In this document: positions 51,752-64,000 of the stretch, one piece after another
How the letters are laid out: the number at the start of each line of letters is the position of its first letter
Position numbering within the stretch: the stretch's first letter is position 1
Assembly: GCA_977030845.1 (NCBI GenBank)
Contig: OZ365114.1
Span: 24,800,001 to 24,864,000 of the forward strand
Direction: 5' to 3'
DNA: 64,000 bases
Source: Fimbriosthenelais zetlandica
Taxonomy: Eukaryota
Program-made: the position numbers and the translations under genes
The notes under the pieces: generated by a model
The model's input: the letters and a program-made list of their open reading frames with translations, nothing else
Told to the model about the DNA's origin: nothing
The model's database searches: none

Positions 51752-51821
51752 TATCTCTCTGGCCTATATTTGTATCTCTCTGGCCTTTTGCCTATCTTTG
51801 TATCTCTCTGGCCAATCTTTG
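51752..51821. repeat. Short tandem array, three copies of TATCTCTCTGGCC with 21/28-bp spacing
   Basis: Copies at 51752, 51773 and 51801, each followed by a (C)CTAT(A/C)TTTG-like spacer. Confidence 0.85.
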
Positions 51822-54079
51822 TTTTTTTTAATCGGGTGTTGGGTACACAATTTGGACCCTCGCAAAAAATCGACGAGAGAACAGTGCTTGTACAATACAA
51901 TCCTTCGACGAGGGGCTCTTTATTGGCTCTGCAAACCCCGATGGTCGCTATTTTTCGTATATATATGGTATATTCCACCCTGATAAGGGCGACGATAACG
52001 CAACTCGCCCAACAGGAATACCAAATGTATGCAGAGTCGTAGCGACGTCAATCTCATCCATTTAAGTGGCGACTTGCCATGGAAGGTGTGGTCCATTCAG
52101 CTAGTCGAGGTAGTGCCCCGAATATGTGAGAACCTGAATCATTTTAAACTGTTTGTAAAGTGTGTTTGGTGGTGGTTCTGGTGGATCTGCCTGTATACTC
52201 CATCTGTACAGCCTTTGATAACATAATCTAATAGAGTTAGAGAAGTGGACCTGCTCCTCTTCCTCAAGATGTACCACCCCAGCCTTATGCACACACCGAT
52301 TGGGAGGAACACAATTAGCTGCTGATGTTCACTGCTTTAGTACATCCTTATATGTGTGAGCACTGCTGCACGGCCAGAACTTGACCTAACTAGACGATTC
52401 AAGCACCCAGACTCTATTCCAGTGGCACATTTAAAAGACAAAAAAAGGCAAGATTGGGACAAGCCCACATTGAAAGCATAATTGAATCGCTCTCAGACAA
52501 TTGCGTTGAGGTACCTTGTCTTACGTTTTTAACATCGTGACACGGTTAAAACATTATTGATTTTCCACTCTGGGAAAAGAATGCTATCACATGTGTGAAG
52601 CCTGGAGGCATGCACAGACCAATGCTGACCGGGCAAACGGGCATTTATAGGCAGGCAGACCCATAGATCAATCTCCTATCTTGATTTGCCTGCTGAAACC
52701 AGTGAAGAACAAAGATAATGGCTTGGCTGTGGACGAGGAGTTCTCAGAGTCACCTTAGCCGAATGGTTATAGACCACCGGCAGGGAGGCCCTAATCCTGA
52801 ACATAATCATTAGTTGATGGACCTGACACCAGGGTGAAACAGGCATCAATACTGGTATCCTGCTTGATGGACCAGCCTCAAGCTTAGTCTCATTAGGCCA
52901 AAGTAAAGCTATCTGTTTACTGCTGAACTGGATGACCCACAGAAAGTTTGACATTGCCTGGTGTTCTCCATGTATACCACGCTTCATTATGTAGCTATAC
53001 ACTGATATCTAACATGCTTCACTCCCTCATATTACAGATTCTTGAAGAAGCTAGGATTTGTTGGCTTGCATCCAATTCAATATGGGACATGCCTTCCTCC
53101 ATTGCTTTTGAATCGAAGCAGGTGCCTCCTATAGAATCATTCTTCGCCCTCTTCCCATTCCTTCTTTCATAGGCAATTTCACACGGTTACTTTAGAATCA
53201 GTGCGTGGGCAGTCACTTATAACTTAATATGGAATTTGAGCTAAATCGACTGCATGCCCTTAGTGAATCGCATCTAATTGTGTCCAGATGTAGTTCTCCA
53301 AATATTGCAGATCGAATTTGCCATGGTCGTTTTAAAAGAGGGTCCCCTATAGGCACGGTCATATGTTGAATTCAGCTCACAAAATCATGTCAATCGACCC
53401 AACATTGTAATGAAAATTGAATTCCTGATTGCCTTTTATAGGCCGGGACGAGCTATTTTGCCTATGGCAGTGGTGCTCTGTGTTGGTTAGTCTAAAGGTT
53501 CAATAAAACCTTCATTTACTGATACTGGAGGCCACAAGCAAGGGAAGCCATATCAGCAATTGATTTGATGCCATCTGATTGGTTGACGAGATTCATGAAC
53601 CCTTAATCCAGATAGTGGTGCACACTACACAAGGATCCATAATAAGTATTTGTGAGAATATGCGGTGAGATTTGACACCAAAACTGCTCGTTATAACGAC
53701 ACTTATAAGCCATGGGAGTGATCCACATCAACGGATGGATCAACTATACCCATGATCCAAGCCCCACCAAGCCTCCCAAATGGCCAGATTTTTTGAAAAT
53801 TTACACTTACATATTTGATATTTTGATTTTGGCTTAGGCCTTAACTAGTCCGTTTACCAGTGTGGCATATGGCCATGTGCCATTTAATGAGGAGCCGGAT
53901 AATGATCAACACCAGCCAAGGCTTTAATCAACTCTCTTGTTCTCATTCCATATAGAAAGCTCTACCAGATGCTTCACACTCACTGTGCATCCCACTCATT
54001 AAGTCCTTGACAATCCGACACAGCCACTGATGCCTGAACACTCCCAGTTTAACCCTTCTAAGCTTGGAGACTAAAAAAA

Positions 54080-54420
54080 AGCAATGGTGGGCCATGAATT
54101 ACTTCATATTTGTCGATTTGAACATAATGGACGGTCCGTACCACTCATATTACCTCACTTGCAATATAGATGTATAAGTCACACGGTCTGGAGCCCTTAC
54201 AACCAACTCCCATTAAGGCAAGCATCCTAATATAACCACCAGCATTTTAAGCCACCCCAATGAAAGCATTAAAGGTCTTATCCTGAGGAAGAACTACTCC
54301 CTTTCCTAGTATTTAATATTTCTTATCCCCAAGAAACAAGCTTGGCTCCTCACGCATGGATTCCAATCAATACATCGATAATTGCTAGGGAACAAAAGGC
54401 GGGCAAGAAAGTGCACCCTA
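54080..54420 (+). mobile_element. Decayed CR1/L2-type LINE RT C-terminal fragment
   Basis: 54138-54206 translates VPLILPHLQYRCISHTVWSPYNQ (cf. LVRPHLEYCSxVWSPY); ~200 nt later LLGNKRRARK (cf. LExVQRRAxR). Confidence 0.35.
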
Positions 54421-57400
54421 ATACCCCGTGTAGACTTCTATTACCCTCCCCTCATCTCTCCTCATTGCTTTCTATTGATGCCCTCCAATAGGCTACGCCA
54501 CCGTCAGATGTATATAGGCTGCTAGATATGGGTCAGTCGATTAGTGCAAGACAAACGTCAAATAGTTGTTTTTAAGCCTAATTTTGATACCAGTTGGCAG
54601 CATTAGACATAATATATTGAATGCTATATACCTTCCATAATCTACCGGATAAAAAGAACGTTTAACAATTTCGTTATCTTATCCTCGTTCTACGAAACTC
54701 TAGACAGTACCTCTAACCCCTACAAAAAATGTATGAAGGCAAAGGACACCATCTTGCTCCATGGGGGAACCATGAGTTCAATTTTCTTAGCTTTCCCTCA
54801 GGAGGGGATCCCGGTCGTCAGGTTGTTACGTCGTGAAACATGACATGACGTCATTTATCATGGGTGGCATGCGGGACACGTTCACAAAATCCTTCTCAGT
54901 GTGTTACGCAAGAGTGATGGCGTTGTCTTGCGAGATTTGATTCAAATTTTGCCTGCCATCCTCTCAGTGCAGTTCGTGTGGCGCAGTGGGCTCGAATGGG
55001 CGTCGGGAGATAGCGATTTTGTGCATGATTAAGCTTGCCTTTCCATGCTGTCCCAATTCCTTATCAATATATGAAGCGGGGTTCTTTCGCTCACGTTGGT
55101 CGACTTAAATGAAAAAGGACACTTGCATGACACTGCCTTCTATTATTAAACTTGAGCCTCTGCGATTCTGTCATTCAACTAAGCATCCCTCCTTACATTT
55201 CAAGCCATTCAAAATTACTTTAAATAGTGTCTGTAGAGGTATAGATAAAGACTTGTGAGAATTACACTTGCTTTTTATCCTTGGTTTCTCATCATTTTTG
55301 TCAGCAGATATTATTGTTATATGTCCATATATAGACATATTACCCTACACTGATACCCTTGGTGAGATCTAGTGAGAAGGAAATGGACACTCTTGCTCCT
55401 TGGGTTCTTATAATGGCGGTCACAGGTGGTGAAATGGTTGGTAATCTTTCTGACCTCACGCCAAAATCTCACAGTACGCAATGGTCAGAACCTAACATAG
55501 TCTGAAGGTAAATCCCCTGAGATGAGTACCACATGGTTCCAATCTATGAAGCAGAATGATGTTGTTAGGTTACTTAGTGCAATGTAGCCTATAGTGTAGT
55601 TTTGATCGACTTAGTTCAGGATCTGGATCGAAGAAGATTGATCAGATGTTTGTCCTATTTCTTTGGGAGTTCATTTTAATAGATAGGATTTCTGTTATGT
55701 AGTCTTCCATATTCCCCATGAGACTTCTCCTAAGGGACAGATTAATGCAAAAAGCCTTCCACTTCATCTCCCACACCAGTGTCACACCCACAACCTCTGC
55801 TCTGTCAGATTCACTATCCCCTGACAGGTTTACTCAAGAAACTCTTGTTTCAAGTGCCTAACTTTAGTGATCCATCTATCGGTATGTTCCTCATGGGAAA
55901 GCCAAAGTAAAAGTTATCTCTGCTTGCCAGTACAAACAGCCTCGTACTTGTTACGGAATAGTGGTATTCGTCTATACCAAAATTATATAGATGACTTCCT
56001 TGTTTGGGAACGAACAATGCTGTACAATGAATTCATTATACATCGGTGGCATCCCATCCCATTTAGGGGAACTTCAAAGTATGTAGCATGGGGAACTTGA
56101 AACAGTAAAATTATCTGTGTTTTGTAAATTTAATCATTTAGGATACGAGCAAAATTTGCAAAAATCCAAGACAGTTTGAAATATTGTCACCAGGGCTAAC
56201 AAGACCATTAGACTGTCCATTCATAGCACAGACGTCTGATTTATATGAGCTCTTTTTTAGTGTTCTGACACATCACAAATTGCTCTCTGTGGTCATGTTG
56301 GATGGCGTCGACTATTTTTTACGATAATCCCCATCGTTAAACATTCATAAGCGATCAGATCCATCTCCCATTAGTATACATAAAGCGTGTTTTATTTGGT
56401 GATCCTACTACATTATATATCGCCGATTAGATCATATCGCCTTTGAAACGTGTTTGCTTTATAGAATCAGTTCCACAGTCATGTTAATTGCGAGGATCTA
56501 CTTGCTTTGTTAAATTAAGTGATGTATATGTCTATTTGGCCTGGCTAATCCTTGTAGTTTTACTCTGATACATGGTGCAGTACACCCCTCTGCAAAGTTT
56601 GGCGATGTACATGTAAGTCAAAAGAGAATATAGCATTAATAGCACGCCCTTCAGCTGCTGCAGCATCTATGATGTTAAGGAGCTCAGGTCTCAGGTATAT
56701 CTGAACATAATGTTGGGTTCTAGGTGACAATTTACGTTTATTGGATGTAGCACTTATTCTCTGCTATCGCATGTGAATGTCACATAAAGGAGCGTTGAGG
56801 CCAAAGAAAACCCTGGGATATCTTAACCCGGACTCACAAGAAATGTCAGCTCTGCATCGATGTGATTAGTGAATGGCGTGTAGGCTGAAAACTATTCATG
56901 CAAATATGTTTAACTAGCAGATCTATATGATATTCTTACAGCTCAAATGTTGTCCACCAATAATTATACCAGCATAATTAATAGCTCTGTGTCCCGATAT
57001 TAAAGATACAAGATGATGTGAGGATAGACCACATGTGTAGGGGAGAGGTTTCAAAAATAGAGGATGGTTCAGGAGGATGACTCGCTTAATAGGAGTTAAG
57101 GGTGGAGTGTTATTCCAGTTGTGCCAAAGGGGGGATGCTCAACATTGCATTACCGTATCAGCCTTTGTAAGAACGATCCATAGAAAAACTGACCTATCAG
57201 ATTCCACGTACACAATCAACTTTACATACACTAATTCGCAATTAGAAAGTAATTAATATGATATAAGGCAACCAGGTGATATCTAGCATTAGCCGTTAAT
57301 GTTATTTGCCATTCGTCTTGTTACATTTTGTCTGTAGATTTTGTATGTAGATCTGGGAGTATACCTGAACAAGCAGATCGATGCAGACTTAAACCATTGT

Positions 57401-59590
57401 ACTTTTGTTTAGCCGATGGGAACAAGTGAGTCTGACAGGATGTCGGAGACCTTTCGATGTACAGTAACAGACCATCTGTATGTGTCTGTCTGCTGAAGAC
57501 ATTAAGAATAACATATAGTCCCCACTGAACACTCACAGTATTACACTGAGGCCTTCCTCAGGCAGGGCAAGATTTTTTGTATGCAGGTGTGCTGCCTGCC
57601 GAATAGGTTTCTTTTTTCAACAATTATAGGCACACTTTGGGACACTGATATTTAACCAAAATTGTGCATGCAGGTTGTATGATTAACCCCGAGGGAACTT
57701 CCATTGGCAATCTAACTCAATTTGCGAAAGACACCATATTAGCCAATTCTAATTACACTTGGTAATTAGCGTGAACACTCTGGTTGAAGAGACCCCTGTT
57801 TTCCTTTATTCATCAAACGTCCTTCTTCTTCTTTCCTCTCTATCGAGGCAATCCATCAAACTGGGCCGTGCTACCATTGTTGCCTCTGGCCTTACAGGTC
57901 CACAGAATATTCCATCAGGATTGCTGATTGGCAGATATAGACCTGCCAATCATAGGTCAGAGCTGGTGCCTTGGATTGAGACCAATGATGGCTAGGTGAT
58001 AATAACTGAACAAGTGCCATTCTCCCAACATGTTGATGTATGCCTGCCGTAAATCATACCTTTCTGTGGCCAGGACCGGTGAGTGGGGTAGACCCTCTTT
58101 TATGAACTTGATGCAGTAACATATTGGATCTGCTATGGCCATGGCTTTGGAGCTTATTGATGTCAGATGATTTATTCTCGGGGTCATCATGGTTACCAAT
58201 GTCTTCTTTGCAGTTGATTTGCATCCTTTATCACGTTGCTATCGAATGGCATTTCTTCATTTTCTACTTTTATAAGAACTAAATAAGGACACTCATCCAT
58301 GCTGATTTGTGATTCGCCTGTTAAGCCGAATTTATCGTGTTATGATAATAGAACACTTTCTGTTCTGAAATTGACATCATTATGTATAAAAAAAACCTCT
58401 GGTATAGATGCTACTTGAGTATTAGCCAGTGTGTCGTTGAAAGCCATACAACCCCTAAATGCATACATGTATGCAGTTGTTGTGCACTTAAGGGCCTTCG
58501 ATGAACGCGTTCGAAAAATTTAGGGCACTGATGTCTTCTTTCCAACTTAACGATGATTAGGGTTCCTTTGTTCTCTTCTGTTCTCCATCTGTTGACATGA
58601 ATGATTAGACAAATTATATCAAATATATCTTCTGCTAACCTTTATATCCTGTCCTTCACAGAAGTGAGGACATTTAGAAAGAAATGGTTTAAGTTATGAG
58701 GAACCTCAGGTGTTTTTCGGGGTCAGGGTAGTGTTTATAGATAGGGAAAATGAGATTTATATGCCTAATTGTAGCCAACTATAGATGTTAGAGTGTATTT
58801 TTGGCAACCAGAGATTCGATCTACATTAAGATGGTCAATTAAAAGGTTGCAGGGAAGAAGGTGTTAGATTATATGAATTTTACTTGTATTTCCTCTGAGA
58901 TCAATAAGTTTATTCAGTAGGTTAAGCTGGTTTATCATATATGTTGCCCTCATGGGACACGATGAGGCAGGATCCAGCTTAACAGAGGACTCAGTGATAC
59001 TTCTTTAGTTCTAATGATTATAGGTAAGTAGGCTCCTTGTGGTAAAGCATAGCCTCAGGGGCAAGGAGGCAGAGACAGAGGCGGAGGGTCTCAGTATATA
59101 AGTGTCATGTTAGTTTGCTGTGTTCAGGGGGTATTAGGCCACAAAGTGGCGTGTTTGTGTGCTATGTTATACACCAGGGAACAGCAGCTGGGGAAGAGTA
59201 TGTGTGGGCTAGGATCACTTGCAAGCAACTGACAACAGCTCTAGGATCGCATGAAACACCTGCAGCTACCCCTAGCTGTTGATATTTATTTCCTACGCTA
59301 GAAATTTTTGACTGTTTTGCGTGTAGCAGGTTTCAATATCATATATATTAAATTTCTTGCAGCAGATTGTTTGTGCAGTGACAAGTACTGCCGAGAAACA
59401 TAATCTGTTGATCTCAGTGAAAAGTGATAGCATGAAAAATGGATAATTATGTTGGTGCATGTGAATATTAACTTCCTTGAAAATAAAGGGAATTCATTTA
59501 AGAGGTACTCGTCTCTCAGTGGTTAAACAGACAATTAAACACAAGGCAGGCGAGAGATCACCTCCACCAATATCTACAGCAGTTGTTGCT

Positions 59591-59647
59591 TGTGGAATTT
59601 AATTTTTTTTTTACTTTCCTGTGGAATTTAATTTTCTCTTACTTTCT
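59591..59647. repeat. ~29-bp imperfect tandem duplication
   Basis: TGTGGAATTTAATTTTTTTTTTACTTTCC / TGTGGAATTTAATTTTCTCTTACTTTCT. Confidence 0.85.
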
Positions 59648-61056
59648 AAGTTTCAACCCTTTTAGAATTGCACGGGAAAAATCTCTATTGAGGCTAATTA
59701 AGTCTTGTAAGTAATTGTTATAGATCGAGGGGAAATGAAACTTTACTGTGGCGAAAAAGTCACTTAGTTTCAGTAGGCCGTTCATAGTATGTTTCTATTA
59801 GCCTCTGAAAAACATTGCTTTTTCCTTTGTTCTTTTTATTCAGACTAAACAACAATAGGAAACCCTTCTTTACTTGTGTTATAATGTGTTATTGAGACCG
59901 TGTACGTGCTCCCGTGTTTATTAAACGACAAAACACCTCGTCTACAAAAAGCATCTGCTCAATTTACTGGCATGAAATCAGTTTCTGCCTATGAACTTCG
60001 CCATTATCCCCCTTGCCAGACAAAATGAAGAAAGGCCTGAAAAAGGGGATTATGATACTGCTTAATCGGCACAACGTTATTATTCTGTCTCACCAAACGA
60101 TGGCTAAGTCATGAACAAAGAAAGAAGTAATAAGAACAGTTTTTCTGATAACTCACATGAAAAACCTCTTGCCTAATAAGACATCGTTCATTTATGTACA
60201 CACTAGCGTTTCTAAATTGATATGAGTCTTTTTTCTCTCTTTCCATCATCGCCTTTTCATATTAGCTAACAAACTTCGATTTTTGTTCCTTGTTTCTGTA
60301 TGGATAAGTTTAACTCATTAAGTCTTAATAGTCTTAAACATATTTGTACTATGATTAATGAATCATTGAACATCGATTTATTTTTCTATTTTGATCCAAA
60401 TCCTGGTATATATATCCAAAGTTTTTCACGTGGGCTACTGATCCCTTTTACACCTAGAACACCCAGGCTTAGAGGTGAACAGTGATTTAGAAATGGACCT
60501 AAAAAGTCAGTTGACAGGTATATGTTTTCAGTAATTAGTTTTGACCGTCAAATGTATCCTCAATGTCAACCATCCACCCACACTATCACTCCTACTACAT
60601 GAAAACACACTACATCCCACATATATCTTCCCCTAGGTTTTTACCGCAGTACGTTCATCCGAGGCGTCCGTTGCAACTCTGTATGATTGATCAATTGATA
60701 TATCAGTGATGTTCTTCATTGGATGGCCATGACCTGGACAAGAATCATTTTATTGATATAGCCCTGTGATATAGATATCAGTTTTAGATATCGCATGTAT
60801 TTTACAGTGGTGTAAATTGTCTCTCACGTCGCAGTGTCCTCCACCACCTGTACTGCCTTATACCTTATCCTAACCCATTCACGTTATCTCATCAAGCTAA
60901 GATAAGGACTTCGCCATACAAGCTGATTTATTCCCCCAATATCGCCCAGGTCACGAGATGTCCGCCTCAAGTCTCGTAGCTTATCACGTGGGCGAGAGGA
61001 GGACTGGATTCAACCCTGGTGCTTCATAAATCAGGCCCTCATCTTTATGGCCCTGG

Positions 61057-61430
61057 CTATTCATTAATATCCTCCATCATCCTTACTACATCCTCATCAA
61101 GCTTTCTTATAGGCCTACCCTCTCTTTGCATATTTACCACATCATTCTTTGCTACCCTAGAGCTGTGGTCATCAAATCTTGAGACTCTAAATTTAATATC
61201 CCATGGGTTGGCAACCTGTGTCCGATGCCTCAGCACCAAGATGGTGTCCTGTGCATGTCGATTGAGATTCGCCTGATCTATGTTATTGTTAGGGAATGTT
61301 TCATGTATATTACACACGCAGCTTTGGTTTTTATTCTCATTGAATTTAACACTCCATGGAACTTGATGAGTCTCCCAATTAAAGGTTTCTTACAGGATAA
61401 GGTGAGGCTATTAGTTCTTTGATAGATCGA
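61057..61430 (-). mobile_element. Possible decayed RTE-type LINE 3' coding fragment
   Basis: Minus-strand HETFP...RHRTQVANPWDIKFRVSRFDDHSSRV...REGRPIRKLDEDVVRMMED loosely follows the RTE tail pattern GSETW...RxRTxVxxIxxKxRxxRLRWFGHV...RGRPxxxWxDxVxED. Confidence 0.35.
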
Positions 61431-62821
61431 GGAAGCTTTTGTTCGTGATATTGAACTCAGGCGATAGCGGAATAAAAACCTCCAATTTCTCTCCCGGAAC
61501 ATCCATTACCAACATCAGATATCGAAAAGTGTCCTTAACCATTCATGTTTATTCATGGCATTCATTCTAATCCCCCTCCCATGTGTCGCGATGTGTGATA
61601 TTTTAGGTGATATTTTATTCTCCCTGAATGCCCGCCCCTGACGCGCATAGATAAGAGGCAGCCATAGCAGGGGCTAGATTAATGGAGGCAGGTAAATATG
61701 TCCTTGAAGGACCGTCTGGGGCGGTAGGATGGGCTAACTTTTTCATCCCCCAACTCCTCAATAAGAAGTCCATACTCGTCGTGGGGAGTGATTTAGTCAC
61801 TGGGATAGAGGTAGTAAAATATCATCTATATTTGTATTCATGGCAAGGCTGGGCTGAATAGCTTGCCGATTTTTTTCTGAGGGTGGAAGGCTGAAGGAAA
61901 TTAATTTTTTGTGAGCGTACTGGTCGGGATATTGATCTGAAGCCTGGATTTCGGTTGATAGCACTTAATTTTGTGAACGCCTTTTGTATACACTCGGTGG
62001 ACCTCTTCAGACGGGACAGTAGATCTACATTACAAAACTTTGAAACAACAATTTCTTATGGGGGGTTTTACTTCAACTGCCTCGTGAGACGTTTATATTG
62101 AGGCCATTCAATTCATTTCTCCTCTGGTTATCTTCCTATTTGTGAGGATTCATTGTTAAAAGCAGTTTCAGTATACTTTTATACTTGTATTCGTGGACAA
62201 CTTCCATGAGAAACGAGCAGAATTTGTTTCTGCCAGCCAATTGGGATTCTGCAACCTGCCCAATATTAGAATTGTGTAATGGCTCTTTTACTCAAGCCCA
62301 AACTCATTGTTGGGGCAGAATGTGGAAGAAATTATGTCAGGGATGTACAAGGTATAGTGTGAAAGGTTCATATGTCCAAGACAAGAGAGTCCTCCAGGGG
62401 GACACTATGTCTATTTTTCTGCTGCACTTTGTACTACACTTTGTGAGTATAACCCATCCACTTCCACATGAACAAAAATAGACTTTTCCGTCCCAATCAT
62501 CAGTGAGATTAGTAGAGGAGGGGAATGTGCCTGGGCTGATCCCATTTCCTGGTTTGTGGCTGATCTCGGTGGGAATGAATCATAGGCTGGAGGCGTGCTG
62601 CCCATCGTGTCAGGACCGAGGCAAACACCAAGGCCTGCCTCGGATGCTAACCGGATAAATTGTTCGGACTGATGCATTTCCCGAGGCTGGCCGACCAAAG
62701 ACTTAATGTGATATTCCTAAATCTCCATGTAAGCGACTAGCACCTGATTGCCTTGAGTGATTTCTCATGGATTCCTTGGTGGTGAGTTCGCAAGGAGTTC
62801 ACTGCTCTTCTAAAGCTTGAC

Positions 62822-62881
62822 GTTTGATGACGCCGGACTAGCGTTGTGTTTGATGACGCTGGACGAGCGTTATGTTTGATG
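62822..62881. repeat. 26-bp tandem repeat, 2.3 copies
   Basis: GTTTGATGACGCCGGACTAGCGTTGT / GTTTGATGACGCTGGACGAGCGTTAT / GTTTGATG. Confidence 0.9.
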
Positions 62882-62936
62882 CTATATTTATGATTACACC
62901 TGTCTCATAACAATGCCTTAGCACATGGTTATGAAA

Positions 62937-63196
62937 CAGTTCTGAAGGAAAGAGTGTTGGTCCCCAAAAGGCATTTCAAACAAGGACAATGCATTTCCTT
63001 CAGAACCCTCTGATGAAATTGGATCTGGTTCCAAAGGTTTCCGGATTTACCACTGCCTATAGATATGGTTATGAAACATGCCCCAGGTTTGTAGTTCCGG
63101 TGGAGGCTGTTATTCAGTCCTTGGAGCGTTTGAATGAAATGCATTGCCCTTGTTTGAAATGCTCTTTGGGGACCAATTCTCTTTCCTTCCGAACTG
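62937..63196. repeat. Long inverted repeat: 66-bp arms (62937-63002 and 63131-63196, 59/66 identical), 128-bp spacer
   Basis: Left arm CAGTTCTGAAGGAAAGAGTGTTGGTCCCCAAAAGGCATTTCAAACAAGGACAATGCATTTCCTTCA; reverse complement of right arm CAGTTCGGAAGGAAAGAGAATTGGTCCCCAAAGAGCATTTCAAACAAGGGCAATGCATTTCATTCA. No obvious TSD. Confidence 0.92.
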
Positions 63197-64000
63197 ACTT
63201 TAGCTTGCGTCCTAACACTCTGCTGAAAAAATTATAGTACAAGACATATGATAACGCAACAAGGAGGGGCCCCCGCCGACCCTATGAATATTCACTGCCT
63301 ATCAATCAGGACTGTCCCCTGTTGGGTGGAGATCTCTGTCTTCACATTTGCTGTCTTGATAATTGACTCAAAGGGAAGCTGGTGTGGGGCTCTGTGCCCA
63401 GTAATATAGTTCTTTGCATGCACTACAATTCTCAGGAGGTCCTTACGACCTTAAAAGATCAAGCCATTCAACACGCATCCGCGTAATGACTAAAGGGCAA
63501 TGAAGTGTCATGGAAAAATAGTTTTAAAAAGTATAGTATTACTTAGCTTTACTGTTTTGTGATCACTCAAGGGAATGTAGGCGGCCCTTGGTTGGCCTTC
63601 ATGTTCAACTGGCATTCTCTTACCTTGGTCGATAATGCGTGTTGACTTTGATAGGTCTTTCCAGCTCTCAAGACGTTCCTGGGTGTTAAATATTTACAAG
63701 GTGAAACCTCTTGTCAGGTCTTGCTTTGGGTATTGGCCATGGACCCTCCTGTCCCAACTGTCACTTCTCATGCGAGCTATCATGTGTACATCAGTCCAGA
63801 TGGAAATAACCATTCAGGCAACAAGAAATCTTCCAAACAAAGGGATGCAACAAGTATACCATATTGACCTCAGATGCTCAAGCAGGACGAAAAGATCTGA
63901 AAGAAATAATAATTATTATTCAACATTACTTATACTGCTCATCAATAATCAATAACTCGATAAATATATAGGCATTTGAAAAAGAACACACTGTTGCTTT

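Larger units (their letters stand above)
3178..64000 (+). other. Very long intron (>60 kb) of the receptor gene; next exon (ECL1-TM3-DRY) not found in window
   Basis: No xWP...C...D...SIxHLCxISxDRY-like translation seen in the ORF track or by eye; the sequence is AT-rich and full of decayed repeats. A small exon could have been missed. Confidence 0.7.

Noticed and set aside
57800-58200. Possible RTE tail (HVGRM...RPSLMDCLDRE) on minus strand
   Set aside because: Motifs are in different frames and too degenerate to support.
63635-63955. ORF containing GYWPW, superficially like the ECL1 start expected for exon 2
   Set aside because: No AG acceptor before the G/Y codons, and no TM3 Cys/Asp, SIxHL or DRY downstream.

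Overview
Eukaryotic (animal, probably invertebrate bilaterian; species not determinable) genomic DNA. The only well-supported protein-coding sequence is a 2.5-kb coding exon (663-3177, +) of an aminergic class A GPCR most similar to 5-HT2 serotonin receptors. It carries TM1-ICL1-TM2 after an unusually long (~776 aa) N-terminal region with no evident signal peptide, and ends at a phase-1 GTGAGT donor. I found no TM3/DRY exon in the remaining ~61 kb, which I read as part of one very long intron. That intron holds a strong candidate recursive splice site (Y-tract-CAG|GTGAGT at 49922/49923, followed by a 49-nt RS-exon-like segment), two tiny CWG-TSD MITEs, a 66-bp-arm inverted repeat, decayed retroelement relics (Gypsy-like integrase, Penelope-like RT, CR1/L2-like and RTE-like RT tails), micro/minisatellites and a few TF-motif clusters. 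Retroelement and motif calls were made by eye and need database confirmation. The other short ORFs in the track look non-coding.
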